Shown one piece after another: positions 26,886 to 37,731 of a DNA stretch of 64,000 nucleotides. The notes beneath the pieces were generated by a model. The model was not told where the DNA came from, made no database searches, and saw nothing but the letters and a program-made list of their open reading frames with translations. The translations under genes were made by a program, and so were the position numbers. Origin of the DNA: Escherichia coli (GTDB lineage Bacteria; Pseudomonadota; Gammaproteobacteria; Enterobacterales; Enterobacteriaceae); assembly GCF_003018255.1 (NCBI RefSeq), contig NZ_CP027440.1; one strand, 5' to 3'. Position 1 is the first letter of the stretch. Each line of letters opens with the position of its first letter.

Positions 26886-27848
26886 ATGCGTCAGACTAAA
26901 ACCGGTATCCTGCTGGCAAACCTGGGGACGCCCGATGCCCCCACACCTGAAGCGGTAAAACGCTATCTGAAACAATTTTTAAGCGACAGACGTGTGGTTG
27001 ATACCTCACGGTTGTTATGGTGGCCATTGCTACGCGGCGTGATTTTGCCGCTGCGCTCGCCGCGTGTGGCGAAGCTGTATGCCTCTGTCTGGATGGAAGG
27101 TGGCTCGCCGCTGATGGTTTACAGCCGCCAGCAACAGCAGGCGCTGGCACAACGTTTACCGGAGACGCCCGTAGCGCTGGGAATGAGCTACGGCTCGCCA
27201 TCACTGGAAAGCGCCGTAGATGAACTACTGGCAGAGCATGTAGATCATATTGTGGTGCTGCCGCTTTATCCGCAATTCTCCTGTTCAACGGTCGGTGCGG
27301 TATGGGATGAACTGGCACGCATTCTGGCGCGCAAACGTAGCATTCCGGGGATATCGTTTATACGTGATTACGCCGATAACCACGATTACATTAATGCACT
27401 GGCGAACAGCGTACGCGCTTCTTTTGCCAAACATGGCGAACCGGATCTGCTGCTGCTCTCTTATCATGGCATTCCCCAGCGTTATGCAGATGAAGGCGAT
27501 GATTACCCGCAACGTTGTCGCACAACGACTCGCGAACTGGCTTCCGCACTGGGGATGGCACCGGAAAAAGTGATGATGACCTTTCAGTCGCGCTTTGGGC
27601 GGGAACCCTGGCTGATGCCTTATACCGACGAAACGCTGAAAATGCTCGGAGAAAAAGGTGTAGGTCATATTCAGGTGATGTGCCCGGGCTTTGCTGCGGA
27701 TTGTCTGGAGACGCTGGAAGAGATTGCCGAGCAAAACCGTGAGGTCTTCCTCGGTGCGGGCGGGAAAAAATACGAATATATTCCGGCGCTTAATGCCACG
27801 CCGGAACATATTGAAATGATGGCTAATCTTGTTGCCGCGTATCGCTAA
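26886..27848 (+). CDS. hemH: Ferrochelatase HemH (320 aa)
   Basis: Full ORF, ferrochelatase family. Confidence 0.95.
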
Positions 27849-28804
27849 AGCTGAGCGGTAAAGAATTGAGCGCCGTCGCGAAGAGCCTCGTCGGCGGTTT
27901 TCATCATCCGTGAATAATGCAAAAAGGCGTGCAGCGTGCCTGGGTAGAGTTTGAACTCACAGGGCTGCTGATGCGCCGCTAACGTCTGGTAAAGCAGACG
28001 GCTGTCATCCAGCAGCGGATCGAACTCCGCCCCGGCAATAAAACAGGGCGGAACTTCGCGAGTGAGATCATTATTAAACAGGCAGTAATACGGCGACTCG
28101 CGGTCCGCGTCGTTACTTAAATACGCCTCTTCATACATCTGTAAATCCTGTTGCGTTAAGCCATCCCAGACACCGCCCAACAGACGACGAGTCACGGAAT
28201 CCCGTAATCCGTAAAGCCCATACCACAGCAAAACGCCCGCAACTTTACCGCAATCGATCTGTTTATCACGCAACCACAACGCACTGGCGAGCGCCAGCAT
28301 GGCACCTGCGGAATCACCGGCAAAGCCAATGCGGGACATATTGATTTGATAATCTTCCGCCTGCTGGTGGAAATAACAACAGGCAGCCACAATTTCCTCT
28401 ATCGCTTGCGGAAAACACGCTTCAGGTGAAAGGGTGTAATCAATGCCAATCACCGTACATTGGCTGTAGCTTGCCAGCAGGCGCATGATGCGATCGTGGG
28501 TATCAAGATTGCCGAGAATAAAACCGCCGCCATGCAAATAAAATAGCGTCGCCGGGCTATCTGGCTGCGGACAAAAGAGACGTGTTTCCACCTGCCCATA
28601 TTTTGTTGGAACCATGTAAGCTCTGGTTGCCATTTCTGGAGCGCCCGCATTCCAGAATCGGCGCTCAAGCGTGTAATGCTGTCGTTGCTCAGCAATCGTT
28701 CCCGTTGCGGGCCAGGGCGGTAAATCCGGCTGAAGAGTATTCACAACGGTCTTCATTTCAGCAGAAATAAGGTCCAGAACGGGTAATTTGTTTTCCGGCT
28801 TCAT
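27845..28804 (-). CDS. aes: Acetyl esterase Aes (alpha/beta hydrolase, HSL family), 319 aa
   Basis: HGGGF oxyanion motif and GDSAG nucleophile motif; convergent 4-bp overlap with hemH. Confidence 0.93.
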
Positions 28805-28955
28805 GCAAAAACTCCTTTCAAATTACGTCATTGTAAGGAACCACTGCCATGAAAATGCGATCCCGCCTGCTGATATTGAAACTGGCTGCGTCTCGCGCGC
28901 TCCCGTCAGATTGTGTTAACATTCGCCGCTCAGTTAACCACCCGTAAAAACAACC

Positions 28956-30260
28956 ATGAAATTTCCCGGTAAACGTAAATCCAAACATTACTTCCCCGTA
29001 AATGCACGCGATCCGCTGCTTCAGCAATTCCAGCCAGAAAACGAAACCAGCGCTGCCTGGGTAGTGGGTATCGATCAAACGCTGGTCGATATTGAAGCGA
29101 AAGTGGATGATGAATTCATTGAGCGTTATGGATTAAGCGCCGGGCATTCACTGGTGATTGAGGATGACGTTGCCGAAGCGCTTTATCAGGAACTAAAACA
29201 GAAAAACCTGATTACCCATCAGTTTGCGGGTGGCACCATTGGTAACACCATGCACAACTACTCGGTGCTCGCGGACGACCGTTCGGTGCTGCTGGGCGTC
29301 ATGTGCAGCAATATTGAAATTGGCAGCTATGCCTATCGTTACCTGTGTAACACCTCCAGCCGTACCGATCTTAACTATCTACAAGGCGTGGATGGCCCGA
29401 TTGGTCGTTGCTTTACGCTGATTGGCGAGTCCGGGGAACGTACCTTTGCTATCAGCCCTGGCCACATGAACCAGCTGCGGGCTGAAAGTATTCCGGAAGA
29501 TGTGATTGCCGGAGCCTCGGCACTGGTTCTCACCTCTTATCTGGTGCGTTGCAAGCCGGGTGAACCCATGCCGGAAGCAACCATGAAAGCTATTGAGTAC
29601 GCGAAGAAATATAACGTACCGGTGGTGCTGACGCTGGGCACCAAGTTTGTCATTGCCGAGAATCCGCAGTGGTGGCAGCAATTCCTCAAAGACCACGTCT
29701 CTATCCTTGCGATGAACGAAGATGAAGCCGAAGCGTTGACCGGAGAAAGCGATCCGTTGTTGGCATCTGACAAGGCGCTGGACTGGGTTGATCTGGTGCT
29801 GTGTACCGCAGGGCCAATCGGCTTGTATATGGCGGGCTTTACCGAAGACGAAGCGAAACGTAAAACCCAGCATCCGCTGCTGCCGGGTGCTATAGCGGAA
29901 TTTAACCAGTATGAGTTTAGCCGCGCCATGCGCCACAAGGATTGCCAGAATCCGCTGCGTGTCTATTCGCACATTGCGCCGTACATGGGCGGGCCGGAAA
30001 AAATCATGAACACTAATGGAGCAGGGGATGGCGCACTGGCAGCGTTGCTGCATGACATTACCGCCAACAGCTACCACCGTAGCAACGTACCAAACTCCAG
30101 CAAACATAAATTCACCTGGTTAACTTATTCATCGTTAGCGCAGGTGTGTAAATATGCTAACCGTGTGAGCTATCAGGTACTGAACCAGCATTCACCTCGT
30201 TTAACGCGCGGCTTGCCGGAGCGTGAAGACAGCCTGGAAGAGTCTTACTGGGATCGTTAA
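28956..30260 (+). CDS. gsk: Inosine-guanosine kinase (434 aa)
   Basis: Full ORF, PfkB/ribokinase family. Confidence 0.93.
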   Translation: MKFPGKRKSKHYFPVNARDPLLQQFQPENETSAAWVVGIDQTLVDIEAKVDDEFIERYGLSAGHSLVIEDDVAEALYQELKQKNLITHQFAGGTIGNTMHNYSVLADDRSVLLGVMCSNIEIGSYAYRYLCNTSSRTDLNYLQGVDGPIGRCFTLIGESGERTFAISPGHMNQLRAESIPEDVIAGASALVLTSYLVRCKPGEPMPEATMKAIEYAKKYNVPVVLTLGTKFVIAENPQWWQQFLKDHVSILAMNEDEAEALTGESDPLLASDKALDWVDLVLCTAGPIGLYMAGFTEDEAKRKTQHPLLPGAIAEFNQYEFSRAMRHKDCQNPLRVYSHIAPYMGGPEKIMNTNGAGDGALAALLHDITANSYHRSNVPNSSKHKFTWLTYSSLAQVCKYANRVSYQVLNQHSPRLTRGLPEREDSLEESYWDR

Positions 30261-30289
30261 GTTATCGACCAGACCGGACGACGATGGCA

Positions 30290-30330
30290 TCCGTAGGCCG
30301 GATAAGATGCGTCAGCATCGCATCCGGCAA
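30290..30330. repeat. REP element
   Basis: GTAGGCCGGATAAGATGCGTCAGCATCGCATCCGGC. Confidence 0.75.
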
Positions 30331-30343
30331 TGGAATCAATGTT

Positions 30344-32020
30344 TTACCCCGTCACCACCTCACCCGCCGGTGGCGTTTCCAGCAGTTCCAGCATAGTACG
30401 AGCAATTTCACGCTCACCCATCACTACCTGATTCGCACCACGTTCGGTGATATACGCCACTTCATCGTCATAATGGGCGCGGGCAATAATCTCAATATCC
30501 GGATTTTTCGCGCGGGCAGATGCCACAATCTCGCCCGCTTCATAACCGTTGGGAATCGTCAGGATCAGCCATTTTGCACATTCCAGATGCGCCAGTTGCA
30601 TAATTTCTTCGTTCGCCGCATTGCCCAATACTGCGCGGACCCCGCGCTCTCGCAGTTCATCAACACGGGTTCGTGACGTCTCAATCACCACCAGCGGAAT
30701 ATCAGAGGCGAGCAATTTCTCCCCCAGCAGGCTGCCTACACGACCGTAACCTACCAGTAGCGCATGGTTGCAAATATCCACTGGGATCTGCTTCTCTTCT
30801 TCGATAGCCTCTTCCAGCGTCTGCTCTTCCAGCGTTTCGGTCTTCGCCAGATATTTCTCCAGCAGCGCAAACAGGACCGGGTTGAGCATAATCGACAAAA
30901 TCGCCCCTGCCAGTACCAGGTTCTGCCCGGCTTGCGGCAATAGATCCAGCGCCATGCCCAGTCCCGCCAGGATAAACGCGAACTCACCAATTTGCGCCAG
31001 GCTGGCGGCGATAGTTAATGCCGTACGTTGGGAGTGACCAAACAGTCGCACCAGGAAAAACGCGGCTAACGACTTACCAAACAGAATAATCGCCAGCGTC
31101 GCCAGCACTGCCAGCGGTTGCTGAATCAGAATTAACGGATCAAACAACATCCCGACGGAGACAAAAAACAGCACCGCAAACGCGTCGCGCAATGGCAGCG
31201 TATCGTGGGCGGCACGGTGACTCAGTTCAGACTCGTTCAGTACCATCCCGGCAAAGAACGCACCGAGTGCAAAGGAGACATCAAACAGCTCCACCGCACC
31301 AAAGGCAATCCCTAACGCCAGTGCCAGCACCGACAGGGTAAACAGCTCACGGGAACCGGTTGCTGCGCTACGTGCCATAATCCACGGCACCAGACGGCGA
31401 CCTACCAGCATCATAATGGCGATAAATGCGATCACCTTGCCGATGGTGATCCCCATATCGACAGCAAGAGTGGCAAAGCCCACATCGCCTTGTTCCATCA
31501 TTCCTGCCACTGCGGGCAGCAACACCAGCGTCAGAACCATGACCAGGTCTTCCACAATCAACCAACCGATGGCGATTTGCCCACGCTGACTGTCAATTAA
31601 TTGCCGTTCTTCAAGTGCGCGCAGTAACACCACGGTACTGGCGGTGGAAAGACATAAACCGAACACGATACCGGTCATTAACGACCAACCCAGCACGGCG
31701 GAGAGCGCCATACCCAGCAGCGTAGCCACGGCTATCTGGGCGATCGCGCCGGGAATGGCGATGGCCTTTACCGCCATCAAATCCTTGAGCGAAAAGTGCA
31801 AACCGACGCCAAACATCAACAGAATGACGCCCAGTTCAGCCAGTTCCGGCGCAAGCTTGGTATCGGCAACAAAGCCCGGAGTGAATGGTCCTGCCAGCAC
31901 ACCCGCTAACAGATATCCCACCAGAGGAGAAATACGTAGTTTATTGGCCAGCATGCCGAGGATAAAGGCGAGCACAAGGCCGCCAACAATGGTGGTGATA
32001 AGCGGGGTGGCGTGATGCAT
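30344..32020 (-). CDS. ybaL: CPA2-family K+/H+ antiporter-like protein YbaL (558 aa) with C-terminal TrkA-N/RCK domain
   Basis: 13 TM Na/H-exchanger domain plus Rossmann motif (GYGRVG). Confidence 0.9.
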   Translation of the reverse strand: MHHATPLITTIVGGLVLAFILGMLANKLRISPLVGYLLAGVLAGPFTPGFVADTKLAPELAELGVILLMFGVGLHFSLKDLMAVKAIAIPGAIAQIAVATLLGMALSAVLGWSLMTGIVFGLCLSTASTVVLLRALEERQLIDSQRGQIAIGWLIVEDLVMVLTLVLLPAVAGMMEQGDVGFATLAVDMGITIGKVIAFIAIMMLVGRRLVPWIMARSAATGSRELFTLSVLALALGIAFGAVELFDVSFALGAFFAGMVLNESELSHRAAHDTLPLRDAFAVLFFVSVGMLFDPLILIQQPLAVLATLAIILFGKSLAAFFLVRLFGHSQRTALTIAASLAQIGEFAFILAGLGMALDLLPQAGQNLVLAGAILSIMLNPVLFALLEKYLAKTETLEEQTLEEAIEEEKQIPVDICNHALLVGYGRVGSLLGEKLLASDIPLVVIETSRTRVDELRERGVRAVLGNAANEEIMQLAHLECAKWLILTIPNGYEAGEIVASARAKNPDIEIIARAHYDDEVAYITERGANQVVMGEREIARTMLELLETPPAGEVVTG

Positions 32021-32257
32021 TCCGTCTCCTTTTCCTGGTGGTTATTGTCCATTTTTGGCCGGGAAAACCAAAATTACAGGTAATAGTTTATGACAATTTC
32101 ATTGATGATGTTTATGAATAATTGTTGAATTTTGCAGAAAAATGGAATTAGCTGCAAAAAAAGCACGGATCGGAAAACTGAAGGCGGTTTAACAGAGGAA
32201 AGGCTTATAGCGACTGTAAAACGATGCAGCCAAAGTTTGCCTTTGGCTGCAATGAAA

Positions 32258-33478
32258 TCAGTCTTTATGCCGGTTATCAGGCAGGAATATGGTCAACATC
32301 CCCAATAGTGGCAGGAAAGCACAGATTTTATAGACTAACTCTATGCTGGTGTGGTCGGCGATAAGCCCCAGAACTGCCGCCCCCAGACCTCCCATGCCAA
32401 AAGCAAAACCGAAAAAGAGTCCAGAAACCATACCGATACGTCCCGGAAGTAGCTCCTGAGCGTAGACCAGAATGGCAGAGAATGCCGAAGCGAGGATAAA
32501 TCCAATAATCACCGTTAAAACCCCCGTCCAGTGCAGGCTGGCGTAGGGTAAAATCAGCGTAAACGGCGCAACGCCGAGGATAGAGCCCCAAATCACATAT
32601 TTTCGCCCAATTTTATCCCCTACAGGCCCGCCGATCACCGTACCTGCCGCAACGGCAAACAGGAAGGCAAACAGATGAAGCTGGGCATTCTGGATAGATA
32701 ATCCGAATTTTTGCATCAGATAAAAGGTGTAATAGCTGCTGATGCTCGCCATATAGAAATATTTCGAGAAAATGAGGATTAACAGAATGCTGACCGCCAG
32801 TACCACTTTGTTGCGCGGCAGTGGATTGATAATCGTCGCTTTGGGTTTTCCTTTATTCATTCGGTGCTGTGCCGAGTACCAACGGCTAATTTGCGCCAGC
32901 ACCACGATCGCCAGCAGTGCCGCAAGCACAAACCAGGCAACGTTGCCTTTGCCATAAGGCGCGATAATCACCGCCGCCAGCAAGGGGCCCAGGGAACTGC
33001 CAAAGTTGCCGCCGACCTGAAAGATAGATTGTGCCAGGCCATGCCGCCCGCCGGACGCCATACGGGCCACGCGAGAAGATTCCGGATGAAAGACCGATGA
33101 ACCGGTACCGACCAGCGCCGCCGCCAGCAGAACTGCGCCAAAACTGCCCGCCAGCGCAAGCAGCACCAGACCACTTAAGGTAAAGCACATGCCAATTGGC
33201 AACGACCACGGCATCGGATATTTATCGGTCCAGTAACCGACCACCGGTTGCAGTAGCGAAGAGGCGAGCTGGAAGGTGAGGGTTATCATGCCAATCTGCA
33301 TAAATGTCAGAGAAAACTCTGACTGAAGCAGCGGATAAATCGCCAGAATCAGCGATTGGATCATGTCGTTCAGCAGATGTGAGAGGCTGATAGCACCTAA
33401 AATACCAAACGATGTTCGGGCCTTGGTCGTTGACGCAGCCGCGCCCGCCACAGGCTGGGTTTGTTCACTCATTGCCAT
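32258..33478 (-). CDS. fsr: MFS fosmidomycin resistance protein Fsr (406 aa)
   Basis: 12-TM MFS transporter. Confidence 0.9.
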   Translation of the reverse strand: MAMSEQTQPVAGAAASTTKARTSFGILGAISLSHLLNDMIQSLILAIYPLLQSEFSLTFMQIGMITLTFQLASSLLQPVVGYWTDKYPMPWSLPIGMCFTLSGLVLLALAGSFGAVLLAAALVGTGSSVFHPESSRVARMASGGRHGLAQSIFQVGGNFGSSLGPLLAAVIIAPYGKGNVAWFVLAALLAIVVLAQISRWYSAQHRMNKGKPKATIINPLPRNKVVLAVSILLILIFSKYFYMASISSYYTFYLMQKFGLSIQNAQLHLFAFLFAVAAGTVIGGPVGDKIGRKYVIWGSILGVAPFTLILPYASLHWTGVLTVIIGFILASAFSAILVYAQELLPGRIGMVSGLFFGFAFGMGGLGAAVLGLIADHTSIELVYKICAFLPLLGMLTIFLPDNRHKD

Positions 33479-33695
33479 AGGAAAGTCACTTTTTCAGGGT
33501 TGCGATGTAAAGAATGATCTTATTTGTGATTATTACCCGACTAACATACCTGTATGCGTCGCCTGAAGGAAGTCTCAACGCTGAATACAGAATTTCTAAT
33601 CTGGATGCAGATTTATCTTCACCGGACGCAGACTTGTCTATGATGTCGCGTCATACTATTTTTCAACACGTTGAAATCAGGTCAGGGAGAGAAGT

Positions 33696-35348
33696 ATGAA
33701 ATTATTGCAGCGGGGCGTGGCGTTAGCACTGTTAACCACATTTACACTGGCGAGTGAAGCTGCTCTGGCGTATGAGCAGGATAAAACCTACAAAATTACA
33801 GTTCTGCATACCAATGATCATCATGGGCATTTTTGGCGCAATGAATATGGCGAATATGGTCTGGCGGCGCAAAAAACGCTGGTGGATGGTATCCGCAAAG
33901 AGGTTGCGGCTGAAGGCGGTAGCGTGCTGCTACTTTCCGGTGGCGACATTAACACTGGCGTGCCCGAGTCTGACTTACAGGATGCCGAACCTGATTTTCG
34001 CGGCATGAATCTGGTGGGCTACGATGCGATGGCAATCGGTAATCATGAATTTGATAACCCGCTCACCGTATTACGCCAGCAGGAAAAGTGGGCAAAGTTC
34101 CCGTTACTTTCTGCCAATATCTACCAGAAAAGTACCGGCGAGCGCCTGTTTAAACCATGGGCGCTGTTTAAGCGTCAGGATCTGAAAATTGCCGTTATTG
34201 GCCTGACGACGGATGACACAGCGAAGTTAGGCAACCCAGAAAACTTCACCGATATTGAGTTCCGTAAGCCCGCCGATGAAGCGAAGCTGGTGATTCAGGA
34301 GCTGCAACAGACAGAAAAGCCAGACATTATTATCGCGGCGACCCATATGGGGCATTACGACAATGGTGAGCACGGCTCTAATGCACCGGGCGATGTGGAG
34401 ATGGCACGCGCGCTGCCTGCCGGATCGCTGGCGATGATCGTCGGTGGTCACTCGCAAGATCCGGTCTGCATGGCGGCAGAAAACAAAAAACAGGTCGATT
34501 ACGTGCCGGGTACGCCATGTAAACCGGATCAACAAAACGGCATCTGGATTGTGCAGGCGCATGAGTGGGGCAAATACGTGGGGCGGGCCGACTTTGAGTT
34601 TCGTAATGGCGAAATGAAAATGGTTAACTACCAGCTGATTCCGGTGAACCTGAAGAAGAAAGTGACCTGGGAAGACGGGAAAAGCGAGCGTGTGCTTTAT
34701 ACCCCTGAAATCGCTGAAAACCAGCAAATGATCTCGCTGTTATCGCCGTTCCAGAACAAAGGCAAAGCGCAGCTGGAAGTGAAAATAGGCGAAACCAATG
34801 GTCGTCTGGAAGGCGATCGTGACAAAGTACGTTTTGTACAGACCAATATGGGGCGGTTGATTCTGGCAGCACAAATGGATCGCACTGGTGCCGACTTTGC
34901 GGTGATGAGCGGAGGCGGAATTCGTGATTCTATCGAAGCAGGTGATATCAGCTATAAAAACGTACTGAAAGTGCAGCCATTCGGCAATGTGGTGGTGTAT
35001 GCCGACATGACCGGTAAAGAGGTGATTGATTACCTGACCGCCGTCGCACAAATGAAGCCAGATTCAGGTGCCTACCCGCAATTTGCCAACGTTAGCTTTG
35101 TGGCGAAAGACGGCAAACTCAACGACCTGAAAATCAAAGGCGAACCGGTCGATCCGGCGAAAACTTACCGCATGGCGACATTAAACTTCAATGCCACCGG
35201 CGGGGATGGCTATCCGCGCCTTGATAACAAACCGGGCTATGTGAATACCGGCTTTATTGATGCCGAAGTGCTGAAAGCGTATATCCAGAAAAGCTCGCCG
35301 CTGGATGTGAGTGTTTATGAACCGAAAGGTGAGGTGAGCTGGCAGTAA
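33696..35348 (+). CDS. ushA: Periplasmic UDP-sugar hydrolase / 5'-nucleotidase UshA (550 aa)
   Basis: Signal peptide; calcineurin-like metallophosphoesterase motifs (DHHGH, GNHEFD). Confidence 0.95.
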   Translation: MKLLQRGVALALLTTFTLASEAALAYEQDKTYKITVLHTNDHHGHFWRNEYGEYGLAAQKTLVDGIRKEVAAEGGSVLLLSGGDINTGVPESDLQDAEPDFRGMNLVGYDAMAIGNHEFDNPLTVLRQQEKWAKFPLLSANIYQKSTGERLFKPWALFKRQDLKIAVIGLTTDDTAKLGNPENFTDIEFRKPADEAKLVIQELQQTEKPDIIIAATHMGHYDNGEHGSNAPGDVEMARALPAGSLAMIVGGHSQDPVCMAAENKKQVDYVPGTPCKPDQQNGIWIVQAHEWGKYVGRADFEFRNGEMKMVNYQLIPVNLKKKVTWEDGKSERVLYTPEIAENQQMISLLSPFQNKGKAQLEVKIGETNGRLEGDRDKVRFVQTNMGRLILAAQMDRTGADFAVMSGGGIRDSIEAGDISYKNVLKVQPFGNVVVYADMTGKEVIDYLTAVAQMKPDSGAYPQFANVSFVAKDGKLNDLKIKGEPVDPAKTYRMATLNFNATGGDGYPRLDNKPGYVNTGFIDAEVLKAYIQKSSPLDVSVYEPKGEVSWQ

Positions 35349-35355
35349 TCCGAAA

Positions 35356-35379
35356 GTGCCGGATGTTCGCATCCGGCAC
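35356..35379. terminator. Hairpin (GTGCCGGATGttcgCATCCGGCAC) between convergent ushA and ybaK
   Basis: Perfect 10-bp stem; flanking T-tracts are weak. Confidence 0.55.
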
Positions 35380-35384
35380 AATGC

Positions 35385-35879
<495 letters not shown>

Positions 35880-35985
35880 TTAAACAAAAAAACGAAGCAA
35901 GCATACGCCTGATGGCGGTCCAAAAAAAAGAGTCATCTTGCCTAAGAGTATTGGCAGGATGGTGAGATTGAGCGACAATCGAGTT

Positions 35986-36069
35986 ACACCGTCGCTTAAA
36001 GTGACGGCATAATAATAAAAATATGAAATTCCTCTTTGACGGGCCAATAGCGATATTGGCCATTTTTTT
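35986..36069 (+). ncRNA. chiX: Hfq-dependent sRNA ChiX (MicM/SroB), about 84 nt, with intrinsic terminator
   Basis: ACACCGTCGCTTAAAGTGACGGCATAATAATAAAAATATGAAATTCCTCTTTGACGGGCCAATAGCGATATTGGCCATTTTTTT; terminal hairpin GGCCAATAgcgaTATTGGCC plus T7; located in the ybaK-ybaP intergenic region. Confidence 0.9.
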
Positions 36070-36862
36070 AGCGCAACATCTGCGGCAAATTCCCTTCTCC
36101 ATACAGGTGTAGTGCACCGACCGCGACCACATATCGCCCCGGCGGCATGGCGCGTAATTTGTCCCGCCAGGCGAGATTTCGCTGATGCATCAGCACATCG
36201 TACAGCGACTGACTGAACGTATTAGGCAGCGTTATTTCATTATTTTGTGGCGGTGTATTCAGCCACCAGCTCATCATTTGTTGCAGCAACCGTGCGTTGG
36301 TGTGCCAGTGGGTCAGCGTATCGTCCAGCAGCGCCAGTCCGTTGTCAGGGAGCTGGAGCAACATGGCAATCTGGTTTTCTGCCCCTTCCAGTTCAATCAC
36401 GGGTTTATGTTGTTGCTTCGCCGCCTGCAATAGCTGGTAATCGATACCGTATTCTGCCCGCAGCCCCAGTTTTTGTGCCTGCGTCGCCTGAAGAACCATC
36501 GCGATTTGCCACAGCGGTTGAGTAGAAAAGAGCGACGGAGAAATGCCCATCTCCTGGCTAATATGCTGCAGATTTTGGAGTTGCTCCTCGCTAATGCGCT
36601 CTTCCAGCGTCTCGCAGGCAGGCAAATTAGCAAAAGGCGTATCGCTGGTGGAAACATCCGCCTCGACGATCAGCGCATCGGCGTTTTTGAGCTTTTTGAG
36701 CAAACGGGTGGGCAGGGGAGCCATATCGTGGCTACCCATATGAATACTGCCAATCAGATGAAAATGGCGATTGCCGGGAAGAGAGATATCGATAGCAGGC
36801 CAGGTGTAATGATTACCGCGCAGCGCGGCCCAAAGCGTTTTTACCCGGTACAACAGATCCAT
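36068..36862 (-). CDS. ybaP: TraB/GumN family protein YbaP (264 aa)
   Basis: Full ORF. Confidence 0.88.
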   Translation of the reverse strand: MDLLYRVKTLWAALRGNHYTWPAIDISLPGNRHFHLIGSIHMGSHDMAPLPTRLLKKLKNADALIVEADVSTSDTPFANLPACETLEERISEEQLQNLQHISQEMGISPSLFSTQPLWQIAMVLQATQAQKLGLRAEYGIDYQLLQAAKQQHKPVIELEGAENQIAMLLQLPDNGLALLDDTLTHWHTNARLLQQMMSWWLNTPPQNNEITLPNTFSQSLYDVLMHQRNLAWRDKLRAMPPGRYVVAVGALHLYGEGNLPQMLR

Positions 36863-36994
36863 ACGACCTCCCTTTGTGAAATATCATGCTAGCGCGCGGG
36901 GAGGGATGGCGCAAATGGAGTTGATTGTTGCACTTGCGCACAGTGCTTGTGTGCATTACAATGATTAAATAATGGACAAGGAGATGAGAGAGGA

Positions 36995-37297
36995 ATGGCT
37001 CAAAAGAAAAATATAAGGAGTTTTCGTGATGCCTGGTTGGCTGATTTTTTTGTCCATTCAACGCCACATCGAAAGATCCCTGCTGAAATCCATACCACGT
37101 TATCACGAAAGTTGGACATCATTAATGCTGCCACTTCTCATCGGGATTTACGCTCCCCTCCGGGGAACCGATACGAAGAGTTATCCGGGAAATTACAGGA
37201 ATACTCCTCCATTAGAGTGAATAAACAGTACCGACTGATTTTTAAATGGGTTAATGGCAAGGCCGAAGAATTGTTTTTAGACCCACACAACTACTAA
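36995..37297 (+). CDS. Putative type II toxin, HigB / plasmid-maintenance-killer (RelE/ParE superfamily) family, 100 aa
   Basis: ORF with SD GAGAGAGG 5 nt upstream. The protein follows the Proteus HigB pattern closely: IRSFRD.WLADFF / LSRKLDIINAATSHRDL / GNRYEELSGKLQEYSSIRVNKQYRLIFKWVNGKAEELFLDPHNY versus IKSFKHKGLKLLFE / INDRLQAIDTATEIGEL / GDREGYWSITVRANWRITFQFINGDAYILNYEDYH. It sits 35 nt upstream of the HigA-like ybaQ on the same strand. Confidence 0.7.
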   Translation: MAQKKNIRSFRDAWLADFFVHSTPHRKIPAEIHTTLSRKLDIINAATSHRDLRSPPGNRYEELSGKLQEYSSIRVNKQYRLIFKWVNGKAEELFLDPHNY

Positions 37298-37332
37298 AAC
37301 ATAGCTGTCGTATTGACGAGAAAGGTAAAACT

Positions 37333-37674
37333 ATGAAACAGGCAACAAGAAAACCGACGACACCCGGAGATATTCTTCTCTATGAATATCTGGAACCGCT
37401 CGATTTGAAAATCAATGAGTTAGCAGAGTTGCTGCATGTTCATCGTAATAGCGTCAGTGCACTGATCAATAACAATCGTAAACTCACCACTGAGATGGCA
37501 TTCCGTCTGGCGAAAGTTTTTGATACCACAGTCGATTTTTGGCTAAACCTCCAGGCGGCAGTTGATCTTTGGGAAGTTGAAAACAACATGCGTACCCAGG
37601 AAGAATTGGGACGGATTGAAACAGTGGCTGAATATTTGGCACGCCGTGAAGAGCGTGCAAAAAAGGTCGCGTAG
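37333..37674 (+). CDS. ybaQ: HigA/VapI-family HTH (XRE) antitoxin-like regulator YbaQ (113 aa)
   Basis: HTH NELAELLHVHRNSVSALINNNRKLTTEMAFRLAKVFDTTVDFWLNLQ is typical of HigA antidotes. Confidence 0.88.
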   Translation: MKQATRKPTTPGDILLYEYLEPLDLKINELAELLHVHRNSVSALINNNRKLTTEMAFRLAKVFDTTVDFWLNLQAAVDLWEVENNMRTQEELGRIETVAEYLARREERAKKVA

Positions 37675-37731
37675 AATAATTTCCCTATAACGGATGCGCC
37701 ACCCTAAAGCAGTGCATCCGCAATGATGTAC

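Noticed and set aside
29379-30107. 242-aa ORF antisense to gsk, and 183-aa ORF 26074..26625 antisense to adk
   Set aside because: Embedded in conserved genes on the opposite strand; no RBS; typical antisense noise.
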